NCBI GenBank assembly: GCA_964304625.1
Contig: OZ199840.1
Span: 7,355,635-7,419,634, forward strand
DNA length: 64,000 nt
DNA from: Kudoa neothunni
Taxonomy: Eukaryota; Animalia; Cnidaria
Direction of reading: 5' to 3'
Shown here: piece by piece, positions 13,027 through 26,486 of the stretch
How the letters are laid out: each line of letters starts with the position of its first letter
How positions within the stretch are numbered: position 1 is the first letter of the stretch
Translations under genes and position numbers: made by a program
Notes under the pieces: generated by a model
The model's input: the letters and a program-made list of their open reading frames with translations, nothing else
Told to the model about the DNA's origin: nothing
Databases searched by the model: none

Positions 13027-16000
13027 ATGGAAAATAGCTTAGAAAAAATTGTGGAAAAACTTAAATTATTATCTAATACGAATATTAGTGGTACCATAGG
13101 AATTTGCATAAACCGTAATTGTTATTGAATCTCGGTATTTGATAGAAAATCCAAACGATTGGTGGTACAAGGCTCAATATATTCTACAAAATCATTTCAC
13201 GAATGTCCCCCTTATGTTAGAGTCTAATGAATGGGTTGATTGCGAAACTAATTCAAATAACGCCCATCCATCAAATCAATCATTATCTCACCAGTTAAAC
13301 GATGATATGCTTTATTTTGTAAAAAATGGTTCTTATAAGGTAATCAACATATTTTCTCACATGTTCCATTTACATATCAATATTATTCTTGATATACAAA
13401 ATTTAAGGTCAAAGTTTTCAGAACCACATCATTATTATACACAGAGTATATATATATATATATATATATATTTAATTTCTATTAAATTTATTGATTAAGT
13501 ATGTATCAAAATATTTATGTTGATTACAAAAAAAACAGTGTGTTTGACAAGTTCGCCCCTCACAGGTGCCTATTATTTATCATTTATCATTTTTTGGTCG
13601 TAGTTGGTTAGTTTGGTCGTTGTTAGCTAATAGTCTATATGTTATGTACGACTGGGAAAAGACTTTCTATTTGAACCTACTTTTACATTATGTATATACT
13701 TTTGATGTAATAAGGATGATAGCATATTATTATCGTAAGGTATTTTATGATGCGACCCTGTGTGTGCATCCTCAAGAAAATCCTTCCATATTTATGCTTA
13801 GTCAAAGTTGCGTAAGAATTATTGCTTTTGGTCTTGTATTTTATCTACATATAGAAAAATATGTATTCATCTATTTACGACAGTTTGTATGAAGAATATA
13901 AGTAGAATTGATTGTAAACATATTTCTTTGTAGTTCCTCAACAATGTGTTACCCAAAATTAGTGTTTGAAACATCCAATGTAAGAAATGTGAAGTTTATT
14001 TTGAATTTTCGTAGAAGTTTAGTTTTTTTCAATCTCTCAATAGACGAATATATTGATATCGTTCTAAATGGGTTGTTTATTCTCGATAATAATGTAAAAT
14101 TATTTATTGTCGATTTGTCTTGTGAGAGTTGTTGTAGAAAAATATTTCTATCTACACTAAAAAAATCACCTATGAAATGATATATGACCGAATAAATAAT
14201 GTAACAATATCATTTTATTCATTATTTATCCACTGTTTGTTTAGAAGAATAATTTATTGCGCTCTTTATTTGTCAATCCTACCAATACTATAAGAATCAA
14301 AGACAACTATTCAACTGTCCTAATTGAGTACGAAAGTTTTATTCCAAACAAGTGGTATGATTTATTATTGTATCTCATTTGCATGATGATTTACAATATA
14401 GGATTAAATTAGCTATTAAATGTGTGTATCTTACTGTTGATCATGTTGTAAAGAGTAGTTTATGCTTTATCCAATATATAATTTTGTTACCTAGATTTAT
14501 TTCAATGACTGTATTTTCCAATGGTTTACAATGCGTCAAAATTTGAATCAAAATTATTCAAAATCCATTCGAATTAAACTTGTATATAGTTAATGTAGTG
14601 ATTTCTTTTTTTTATAAGATTATTATAAAAATTCTGCTTTTTAAAAATAGATTGTAAATACCTATGGGATCAAGTCAAATTGAGTCTCTTTTACATCATT
14701 ATAGACTAGATTTGATGTAAAGGTTTTGTTTCTAAATTTAATAGAATTTCGATTCTACTGTGCAATTAGTAAATATTAAAGAAAAGCTGTATTGTAGTAG
14801 ATACAAGTAGGACAAATATATTGTGATTATATGTGTAAAAATATCGTTAATATTTAATGGTGGCGTCATAATTCAATTCCATCGTGAGATTAGCTATTTT
14901 ACAAAAAATAATGGGAATCGCAAATGAAAGTGAATTTTTAGTAAGTCGCTTTATTTTAATGTGTGTCAAATAACAAATAAAATTTATATTCACTAATCTG
15001 TGCTGGTTTTGTATTATTGAATATGGTAGATACAATTTTATGGCTTTTAAATTAATGAATATTGCTTTGGTGTTATTTTTGTATTTATTGAGTCAAATTT
15101 GTTGTAGGAAAATCCTTATGTTATAGAAATTTTATCAACTCAACGAGGCACCAATAAACTAATAGAAATCGCTAATAATAATCCTAAAAAACTTGCGAAA
15201 CAAGTAATCACAGGTATTCTATCTGATTGTGATTTTTATCAATTTATCTTCTTAATAATAATAAGGGCTTTACAGAATATCATTCTACAAAGGGGGTCAA
15301 AGTATCTTACGAAATAACTCTCTGTTAATTGATTGGTTGGTTACACTTTTTCGTCGACATAATATTGTACGCCCTCAATTGCTACTTTTCTTGTTAAATA
15401 ATGGCATACAATTAGAATGCCGAAATTGTCCTTACAATCATTCGAATTTTTTCGTTTATTGCTGCTTTATGATCACAGTTTTGGCCAATATTTTCTATTC
15501 GAGATCAATTCCAGTAAATTTGCGCAATATAAGCATTTATAGAACAAGAGATGTACCTGTGTTAATATGATTATGATTGGTGTGTGTAGATGGAGAAAAA
15601 AACTTGTTGGAAAATATCTCTTACCTTCTGGATTTACTCAAAAAGTCTGCTGATGATACTGAACGTCACGAAATTTTATGTTTTCTCACTCCAGTATCTT
15701 AAAATTTAATCGAACTTACTCTTATCTGATTATCAAGTTATTCAGCTCAATAAATGAAGAAAAATATGCCCGTACTATTTTGAGTAGAATTGACAACGCT
15801 GGTGCTTTGTGCTATATGGAAGTAGATTGCTTATGTCGTACTTCTTTAATTTTCATTAGGATCTTATTATGTGTTTGTTTAATACCAAACCAAATAAGGT
15901 AATATTTTTTGGTAGTTAAAATACTTTGAAATTCTATTATTAGAATAAGTTTTACATCAATAAAAGGTTCCGATTGATATTTATTCATCTTTTTTTTATT

Positions 16001-18250
16001 TTTATGCAGCTGTCAATCCAAAATATCAGTGGACAAAATGCTCAAACTGCTGGGTAGATACAATAAGGAAATATTACCACATCAACGCATGGGATTTGGA
16101 ACAATGTACCACTTCAAAGGGGCCCTGAGTGGAGTCCAAATTTTGAAGCACATCTATTTTTCAAACTCTTTCCATATTTATGAAAATCCTGATCAGTTTA
16201 AGAAAGTAATGCTTGATAAAATGGAATTTTTAAGTTTCTGGCCTAGCTAATGAAAGCCGATGCTATTGTAATGGAAATGGCTAATCATGGAAATGAACGT
16301 TTGAACTGTATAGAAATGTTTGAGATTCCTCATGCGGATAATTTTAAAAAATCGAATGATAAATGTATTAGTTTTTGAATATTTACTAGAAAATAAGTAA
16401 TATATAAACGTATACTAGTAGATAATCCACTTCAAATTCCACCTCCACCACCTACTTTGCCTACTAGAAATTTAGGTAAATTTTCAAATAAACAGTCGAT
16501 ATGTTGAATACTTTTTAGATCCAATTAAAACAATCCAACTTAGATGGGAATCTATTAACGATGCCGATATTATCAAGTTGGTGGGTTAAACTGTGATAGT
16601 TTTTTCGACTTTTGAAATAGAAATATTGATAAAACAATCTGGAATAAAATAGAACACTTTAGTACTATTGATCCGCAACAAATCATGACGCTTTTCACTA
16701 TTCATCCTGCCACAATAGTATATTAACAGATACTTTGGTCTGTGTAATAGTATAAAAACAGAAATATGCCTAAAGCCGCCTCAGAACAATTTCAAATCAA
16801 CCTCAATTATTGACACCAACAGAGCTCAATCAATAGCTATTATTCTTAAGAAATTCCCCAGCTTTAAAAATATCGAAAACGCGTTACTTCATTTTGATAT
16901 AGATGTTCTTGAATACGATTCACTCAAAAGTATTTCAGTTTAGATTTAAAAAAAATTTTTGAATGTGAAATAGCAATTAAAAAAAATTATGCCTACCGAT
17001 AGGGAAATTGAATTATTAAAAAATATAACAAAACAATATGGTAGCACAATCCAACTTGGAATAGCTGAAAAGTTCATGATATTCATCAACAGTATCAATT
17101 TTGCAAGAGAACGTGTTAAGATATTGCTTTTTGTGTATAAAAGCATCCGATTTAATGAAGTTAAATATTTAATTTCCCCTCAATTACACCTCTATCGAAT
17201 CTATAGGAATGCGATGAACTTTTAAATATTTGGAATCTAGCTATGGATGAAGCAATCAATTCCCACGATCTAAAGGTGTTTCTTTCAATCATTTTTAATG
17301 TAGGAAATTGTCTAAATATCAATTATAACGGTAATTATTCCACTGAAAATTATCATATTTTACACTCAGGCTCATATATAATTGAAGAGATATGGGTTCA
17401 ATATTTCATTTATTGAACAACTTTCATTCATAAAAAGATACACTGAATAAAAAATCACTTTTATTCCACGTATGTGATATTGCAGTCAGGCAATTTCCCC
17501 CTGATTGCCTCCAAATTTGTTCCAAACTTTCACATACATCCACAAGGCTGCAAAAGTAATACCATTTCAAGTTTAATAATTAAAGGTCTTTAGATGGATT
17601 TCTCCCACTTCAAATCAAAACTTCACTCATTAAATCAAAATTTTCATGTTTGCTGGGGTTTACTTCAAACCATACATGCATCAACGGTCGATCAGGAGTC
17701 TTATTTAAGGTAGAGTTATTTTATTTTGGTGCAAATATCGCATTGTGTACAGAAGTTGTTCATTACTTACGACAATAAAAAAAAAAATTGAAGTCTGCAA
17801 AATTAACTTTAATAAGATGGAAAAATAAATTTATTAACACATTAATCTATTTCGGATACGACCAAAAACAAATTCGCCATTTTCAGGTGGAGCATTTTCG
17901 AGATTGAGTCTGAGTTAACTGTTAATGATAGGTCGAATCCTTCTTTCGCTTGCTCAGTGACTTTTCAGTCAAGATTGACAAAGAGTATCAAATGCATATA
18001 AACGAGAATAAAATTGGAAATTCCAGAGAGCTTCAAACACTCAGTCGGAAAAAGTAAGATATAATAAGCGTTCTATATATTATATAAACGAATTTTTAAG
18101 ATAATCTTTGATGATTCTCGCAATACTGTGAGCATTTCCACCTCGTCAGCAGGTAAATTTTATATTTTGTTTCTATTTATATTGATACAAGACCGTGAAA
18201 AGTACATTCCCGCTGAAGAACATATGAAATTTGTTCAAACTCTCTTATAA
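13027..18250 (+). CDS. Formin (FH2 domain, minimal FH1), multi-exon
   Basis: IPPPPPTLP (~16435), then FH2 motifs: TIQLRWESI, KTIWNKI, IIDTNRAQSIAIILKK, MPTDREIELL..LGIAEKFM..ERVKILLF, FLSIIFNVGNCLN, GFNISFIEQL..KDTLNKKSLLFHV. The N-terminal exons are unassigned and their continuity is inferred. Confidence 0.75.
13448..13471. repeat. (TA)n microsatellite in a formin intron
   Basis: ~12 TA units seen directly. Confidence 0.9.
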
Positions 18251-21179
18251 TTTATAACTACTATTAGTTACACATCGAATATATACGTCTTCACATGACA
18301 TTTAATTTAGGCAACTTTATTAACTTTGCTTGAAAAAATCTATAATTAAGGAACTCGAACAAAATTTAAAGGTAAATCACCCATTCAAATATTTCACTAA
18401 CTAAGAAAATATTCGAATAATAAAATTATGTAAAACTTGAAAATAACTAAATAACAAGGTGGATGCGATGAGGGATAGTGTAAAAAATAATTCCGGGACA
18501 TCTTAATTATCAAAGTAGCAAAATCTTAAGCTAAAAACAATGAATTAAATTACTTCAGTAAGGTAAAAAATTATTTCCTAAATTAAGTCGTTTTCATAGC
18601 GTAAGAGCACCAAATAGCATCTAAAAGATGAGAATGTGATGTTTATGATTAGCAAATATAATTTTTAACGTTTATTTTTTGGAAAAATCGAATGTTTAAA
18701 TCAAAATTACATTTCCTTGTTATGTGATGTAAAATCAACTGGTAAATATTAAAATATTATAGAAATATAGAAAAACCACCATTATTTTTAAAACTTTCCT
18801 CAAAAATTTATACAGTATAACTAGGACATGCAATATTCGACATTTTTATGCATAAAGGAGATTATACATCGATCTGTGTAAACATTTCTATAACGTAAAA
18901 AACACGAATTAACATTACACAGAATGAAACAAAATTATAGTTTAGTTCCACCATTTTAATATAATTATAATATCACAGGGATTTTATCTATGGAAAGGGA
19001 TGTTCTCTCACCTAAAAGAATATCCCCTAATCTACAATAAATTTTTTGCAGTTGAAGACAACGGTTTGTTTAAAAATATTGTCGGAAAAGTTGGCGCTGC
19101 CGAAATCTCGTTTTAACAATTTAATTAAGTGCTTATAAACAAAGATTTTGACATTAGAAAGTGAACATACCGTAGGACAATATTTTTAGGAAAAACTTCT
19201 AGGTCATGTGTGATTATCTATTATTTTAGATGGTAACCCATCATAAACTACAGCCGAAGCAAGATGAATCTTTATTTTTATTTGTATGGTCCCCAAATAG
19301 CGAAAGAGACTAGGAGAAGCATGCTTTAACGATTTTATCATTGTACGATGCTTCAAAAATGCAAAATTTTTCTTCGCGTGGTTTTGTTTTTTAGGTAATT
19401 TTAACTTTTTATATTTGGAAACAGATTCATTGTAAATAATTTCTAATGAATTTAATCCACAATACAATAATTCGAATCACGTCTTTTTATGATTTTTCTT
19501 ATTAGGAAGTGGCTATTCGCGCGGTAAATAATATTCAGGTGGCGCTAGTTCTGGCTATATTTAATTATTTCTGACCCCTAGGAGCGAATCGGTGGGTCAG
19601 AACAACTTAAATATAACAGATTTTAACAAATTAAATCTGTAGATAGCTTATAAGTAAGAGTTGCTGAGATTAAAAATTTCCAGTGCGCAAGTGTACATGC
19701 CATTTAGGATCAAATTTTACGGTGCCAATAGCCTCTGCCTTCTTATTATGGTGCTTCTTCCGAAAAAATCAGAAAAAATTTAAGTCGAACCCTCCTGATA
19801 AAATCGACGATTTAAATCGAAAATTGCATGCCCTAATTATAACAGAAATCTAGAATAAAATAATTACTTTTTAAAACAAGAAAAGATTAGGCATAAACTT
19901 TAAAGACAATATAATCTATAGAATCAAGTAACATGTTTAATATACGTTCAATAATACATTATCAAATTCCTATTTCACATTTATATCAGGTAATAAATAC
20001 TTTAATTATTATTTTCACAACAAAATAGAACATTTAATGAGAATAAGATTCGCAAACACTCAGATTGAATTTTGCAACAGTTTCATACATCTGAAACAAA
20101 TAGTAATAGGTTTCTCATCAATTTACCGCAAAAAAACACTCAAACTTTGAAAATATTGTTAATTTATTTGGTGTATGTTAAGTATTTGTTTATGTATTCA
20201 CAAACTTCGCGAAAGTTTGAACACTTCCGCTAATCTGAACGCGGTCCATTTTTAATCTGTGTTTTCTCTGCACTGCCTGCTTACAAAATACATAACAGTG
20301 TACTAAGTTATAGCGAAATAAATAAGTTCTAGGTCTAGTTCTTAGGATTTTGGGCTTCATGGATGTTTCTTTCCATTAATGGAAAGATATAACAACTTTG
20401 TCTTATTTTCAAAAACTTTCCTCCTAACCATGTTATCTCCCAAGTTTTTTTGTGTATGGAAAACGCATTTATAAATAATAAATTCATTAAATAGAAAAAT
20501 AACACCATAGGCCGTCATTACTGATTGTGGATTGACCCGAATTCTCAACGTTTTCAATCTCGTCAGATTCTTAAAACATAACAATTGTAAAGTATTCATA
20601 ATCATTTGAATTACTATGGGTGAAATCCAACTCAATTATCGCTACGATAAAATTAAAAGCGCGAGTCACGTGATTGTCGATAGAGGTAATAACCGCATAA
20701 CTTCAAATTTATCCATCAGAAAAACTTAAAACTTGATCTAAATAATAATTATTGTTTTATCTATCAAGTGGTGTGAGAAAAATTAGGGATAATTTTTCCC
20801 CCCAAAAATTCATTGGAGTGTAATTTTGTTATAATTTTTCTGATTTTTTATATTTAGTTATAATATTTTAAAATCAAATATTTCTCACCCTTTTGAAAGA
20901 TTAGAAAAAATTATGTATCCCATGAAGAGAAAACAAATCACGTATACAACCAATAACTCCTTGTTGGGGTAAAAATTTACCCAAATTCATTAGAGGGTTA
21001 ATATGAAAATATTATTGAAAAGAAAGAATAAAGTATGTGCACATTACGTCGCTCACTTAACAAAGTCTTCCGAATGTGGATATTTCGAAACTTTTTTAAG
21101 TTCCAATATTTTGTTTGATTTCTATAATCATAATATTTAAGAACTACTTTAACCACAATAGATTAAAATCAGTGGTCTG

Positions 21180-21189
21180 GCGCATGCGC
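21180..21189. promoter_or_regulatory. NRF1-like palindrome upstream of DDX6
   Basis: GCGCATGCGC matches the core NRF1/Ewg site and lies ~400 bp before the ATG in otherwise AT-rich DNA. Confidence 0.5.
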
Positions 21190-21583
21190 GAATGGTGATG
21201 AGTTAGGTTGTCCCTCCTCAATTACCCAATTTTTATAACAAAAATAAATAAAAAACTTCTGTCAACTTATTTGAATTTTAAAACATGGACCTGCAAATCA
21301 AGCAGATAGGCATATTTGTGATTTTGGACCATTAGTTTAAGACGATAACGTCTATTGTTAAATTCTATTTGAATCAATCGATATCTAAGAGGAGGAACTA
21401 TAGAAATTTTTTTTCAAATATCACGCAAGCGCAGCTTTTAATGTTCCTTATTCTTTAGACTTGCGCAACAGTTCAGTTAGAAGTGACTACAATATTCTTT
21501 AGTCATCAGTTAGTTGGTATATAAACTTGTGTATATTTGTCGGTAATTATTAACAGATAGAATAATATCTTAAATAAAAAACA

Positions 21584-23234
21584 ATGAGCACGAGTGAATC
21601 AGTTAAAGTCGAAACAAACTTCGCATCACCTAGTGTAGGACGAGGAAGAACCACAGTAAGTCTTACATATAGCAATAAAGTATGAAAATGAATATTAAAG
21701 GACGTTAAAAGTCGTTTGGGTTTAACTTTTGAAGGCTTTGACTTGAAGGAAAGTCTACTAAAAGGAATAGTCGCCAAATCCTTCTTTGAGCCGACACCTG
21801 TGCAAGAAGAATCTATCCCACAGATTCTTGCTGGAAAGAGCGCACTTATAAGGTCTAAGAATGGTACAGGAAAAACGGCTACCTACCTCATTCCATTGTT
21901 AAATATGGTGGATCCTTCGTCCGGGCCACATTCAAGGTTTATTTATTAATTATGAATATATTTGTTGACTTTTACAATAGCTTTGATATTGCTACCGACT
22001 AGAGAACTTGTTATCAAACTGTAGAAACTGCAAATGAGTTGGCGAAATTCATGGACAAAGTCAATGCGGCCAGTTTTGTTGGTGGTTGCCCTATCAGACA
22101 GGATACGCAGAATATACGCGATAATAAACGTATCTGGAGAGGCGATTTTGATTTGGTTTAATTTTTGGTTTTTATAAGCGTTGGTTGCTGTCGCAACAGT
22201 CTCGCGTATTGAACATTTAATCAGAATCAGAAAAATCAACCCCAAGTTTATAAAATATTTGGTTTTAGATGAGGTGAGAATATTTGTTATACTCTATTTA
22301 ATCATTTTGTTGATTATGATGAATTTTAACATAGGCTGATCAAATTATATTGAAAGACGGTGATAGTTCCTTGAATAACGTTATGAGGTTGTTGCGAAAC
22401 CCACAAATTGTGCTGATTTCTGCCACTTTTTCCAAATGACGTATCACGTTTTCAGGTAGTTTTATTGGTTATCACCTCTTCTATTCATTTAAATTCAGCA
22501 ACAACACATGATTGATTCTGTCCAAGTCAATTTGATGGATGAACTTACTCTCATTGGTATAACTCAGGTGATTTGACTAATTAATTTAAGTAAACTAATT
22601 TTGTTGTGTTAGTTTCGTGTTTATTTGACCGAAGAGGACAAACTCAGTTGCCTCAACACTCTTCTTCACAAAGTATTTCTTTTTAGAGATGACTTAAATA
22701 AATTCTATTGAACCATTTTATTTTTATGATTATCTATATATTTTTATCCATATAGCTGAACGTGAATCAGTGCATCATATTTTGTAACTCTGTGAAACGT
22801 GTGGCAATGTTGGCAGAACGTTTAAACAGCCTCGACTATCCAACTCTTGCTATCCATGCTAAAATGCCCCAAACCGAACGCACAAATATTTTCAATGATT
22901 TTAGAAACGGAAAATCAAGATACTTGGTATCTTCAGGTATGTGATATTGTTTCTCGTTTACATATTGTATTTACGCATTTATTTTTGTTAAGATCTTTGC
23001 AATCGAGGAATCGACATCCAGAATGTTAATGTTGTTATCAATTTCGATATGCCTAGAAAATCAGCCGTCTATTTACATCGTATTGGTCGTAGTGGAAGGT
23101 ATGGAAACTTTGCTATTTCCATAAGCATGCTAACACAAGCTGAAACCAAATACTTGGAGCTCATAGAGCAAGAACTAAACACCAAAATTGAACCGACCCC
23201 TCCAGTTATTCCCGAAACGCTATACGTTTCTTAG
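21584..23234 (+). CDS. DDX6: DEAD-box RNA helicase DDX6/Dhh1/Me31B, multi-exon, with ~3 apparent single-base indels
   Basis: Q motif [12 protein letters not shown], motif [19 protein letters not shown]|[67 protein letters not shown]. Confidence 0.92.
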
Positions 23235-23752
23235 TGCTGCCAACATGATTGAAACTTATCCTGTTTACATAGATGTAATTTTTGTTTATAGCTACAGATA
23301 TGCATTACTATGTTGATATTGTTTTGTTGGACCACTCTGTTGAATTTTCTGAAGTAAATCAATAATTTTTGATATATATTCGTTTATATGCATAATAAAT
23401 TATAATTTTCTGCTTATTTTTTAAAGGTGAATTTCTGTAAGGCGTATATTGGGGATTCTTTTTTCTTTAAGAATGAGTGAGTAATTAATAATTTAAGCGT
23501 TCAACACTTTGATCTTCATTATAAAAATCTTAGAATACTTAACATAATTTAAGTGATTATCTAAAATTGCCCATTTTTTATTGATCAAGATAGGCTAATT
23601 GTGGGGGTTAATACATTTAAATACATAAAAATTCATTAGGGGTTTGTTTACAAGATAAAACCCTCTGCTGGAGGCTAATTAGGTTGTAAAAATTTGACTG
23701 GTTGAGTTGATTCCGAGAATGTTGTAAGCACGAGCCAAGCTTTTTAGATCAA

Positions 23753-24760
23753 CACTTGTACGTACACTCATGGTCCAGTGGACCTCGTTCATGATTATTC
23801 ACAAATTGTAACATTCTTAACATAGTCAGGAAACCAAAAATCTGTCCAGTTGCTCAAAAATTAGTTTGGTATTTTTCAGTTTCGTTTATACCGTCAATAA
23901 CTTGTGTATGATTTTTTATTTCTATGTAAACAAAAAACAATCTTTTGGCACAACAGGGTCCAATGGACCCTGTTGAATAATTACAGGTTTAGCATGTCAA
24001 AACGAATTCAAACTTTAAAGTAAAAAAAAAGTTATTTAAGCCAATCTGAATATTACAGTTTATTTAAATAATTAAAATTTTTAGTTATTTCTTTCCACGC
24101 ACTTTAAAAATGATTATTTCTTATTTTGTTCTGCGTTACATAATTTTAGTTATATTATTAAATTTTATAATGAACCATATTATGGGCGTTAGTATATATT
24201 TATCAAAAATAATGACTAAGAATAATAACAGATTAATCTTTTGTAGATCTCGTATAACTAGTGGTGCATTATGTTTTCCATTAATGATGCAATAAAAATG
24301 ATTACAGAAAACGCAGATGATTCGACACCGTAGGAAGGATAACTCTCAGATGGCCATTCATTATATTTTACAATATCCTTGACATCGCTGGTTACAACTC
24401 AATGATTGTGCACTTGGATAAATATAATGAATTTAAACTAAAACACAAATACCGAACAAGACGTCAATATTTAAAAAAAATTTGATTGATGAGATTGTTG
24501 AGAAGTGCGCTAACGAAAAAATTGATCTTCCACTTGCAACATCGCCGAAGTACGACGGAAGGGGTGACAAGAAAAGATACCATTTTTGCCCATACTCGAT
24601 GCATGTAAGAACAAAGGCACTCTGCTCCAAATGTGGGAAAAACGTTTGCGAACAATATTATTCTGTTCTCTGTTACGGTTGCAACTAATTATTTGTGTTT
24701 TATAAATCCAGTGATTTGGATGAGTTCTTCAATGTTGTCATTGTTTTAGTAATGGCGTTG
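23753..24760 (+). mobile_element. Internally deleted piggyBac remnant
   Basis: Subterminal palindromes GGTCCAGTGGACC (~23772) and CAGGGTCCAATGGACCCTG (~23955). Transposase C-terminal fragments RWPFIIFYNILDIAGYNS and Cys-rich domain FCPY..LCSKCGKNVCEQY..LCYGC (ORF 24482-24688). Confidence 0.8.
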
Positions 24761-24871
24761 TATTTTTCTTCATATTTCTGCAGGTTGGCTATAAATCTTT
24801 ATATTATTTATTTAAAAAGCTTAAAAATAATTTTTTTGGTTTTTAGAATATTTATAAAACATTGACAAACA

Positions 24872-26046
24872 AAATTTCATTTATACTCGGCATTTTTGAA
24901 GTTAATCTCGGCATCTTTGCAATTTAAATTTAGCGTATTCGTGTTTAGTCTATAAATTTGTGTAAATGTGTAGAAATCACGAACCGGAGAAAAAAAAAAG
25001 TATTATATTTATTCCAATAACCTCAACCAAATTATTATTCTAGAATAACTTCATCACTAGAAGACCTGGTGATGTATTTTCGCATTGTCCATAACGAAAA
25101 CGGGCTTATCAATACCACTTGATACACAGCTGGATGTTAGTTCCTATAAACAAATTTTAAAATCCTCACCTGAAACCGCTCGCTCGTGTATCTTACTATA
25201 TATGATGCCCTTTTTGTTGATTGTAGCAACTACAGATAAGTTTCTGGTTCTAGCTGCAGAAACTTATCTGTAGAAGTTCCTCTCAACAAGCGACCTCTTT
25301 TATGTCTTGTGACCACTGAAAACCCGACTTCGTCGGGAAATACAATACTTTCATATGGTACATTGTGGTTTCTAAGTCTCTGAACATCTCAGCATATTTA
25401 ATTCTCTTTTGAATCGTCCTCACAATTTCTTCTCTCGGGACTCCACAAGGGATTTTAAAGTGTAATGAAATTTGCCGATAACTCTGTCTATCGTACTTAG
25501 GATTAGGGACGTTGTTATTCCAAACTCGTCACTAACTTTTTGCTTAAGTTCTTTCAACGAAATATGAAGAGTTTCCATCCACCCATCTGATAATTTTTTC
25601 CTTCTGATCAGGAGAGAGGAGTGAAGGTCTTTTCTCGCCTCTAGATTTTGCATCTAGCCTTCCTGTTTTGTGAAACTTTGATAAGATGGACCACACGGTG
25701 GATCTTGGTAGATGCATTTCGGAAGCAATGTAAGTGTCACTTCCACTTAAACAGAAATTAAACATTTGTTCTCTTAAGTCGGAAGAGATAGTTTTTCGCA
25801 ACTTTCTTTTTCTCTTTGTGTGTTAATATATTAAAAATTTCGCTATCATTGGATATGGAGCTCTCAAATTCAACAATTTGAGTTCTGTTATTAAGGTTCA
25901 CCTATTGAATTCAATCTCTTAGTAGTATAAAAATATTTAACGACAAAAATTTTTTGTAGCTAACGCGAGATATGAAAAAATTTGAATACTACTTTCGGGG
26001 TGCTGAGATTAAATGCAAAAGTGCCTAGTATAAATGAGAAACCCTA
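24872..26046 (-). mobile_element. Tc1/IS630-like transposon, frameshifted
   Basis: ~40-bp TIRs (tcatttatact(c/a)ggca..ttaatctc(g/a)gca) at ~24877 and ~26000-26038, with TA flanking the right end. HTH ORF 25544-25801 (LPRSTVWSILSKFHKTG) and catalytic fragments VFPDEVGF and VFVMDNAKIH. Confidence 0.85.
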
Positions 26047-26486
26047 TATTTTTGTGCGTACGTAGTAGTGTTAAATCCCACACGTTGTTCTACTGCAACT
26101 GAGTGGGAGTTTGACCTACCAAACATTCTTACCTCCGAGCAATCATCAACCTAACCCCTTAAATCTCAACTGAATTGAATCTGTCTAGCAATCGGTTGAA
26201 TTACCTGATACATCCTAGACAATTTATATAATGGATTCATGTAGTGTAATCCTACTTCCTTACTGAACCAAATTATAAATTGAAAATGCATCACACCCAA
26301 ATAATGAGAGCAAACTTTTTTGACAACATCCATTACGAAAGAAAAATCTGCAATGCAAAAATGACCTTATCGGCTAAGAGATGAATTAACGACTTTCAGG
26401 GTTCACATTAAATTTGCATATGTTCGCGATATCAGACCGCCGAGCGCGGAAGAGAATGTGGATGTTAAACGAACCGAAAAGCACTA

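Noticed and set aside
651-23972. Recurring GGGTCCAATGGACCC palindromes as CRISPR-like or novel operator repeats
   Set aside because: They are not regularly spaced, and all lie just inside piggyBac termini, where such subterminal palindromes are expected.
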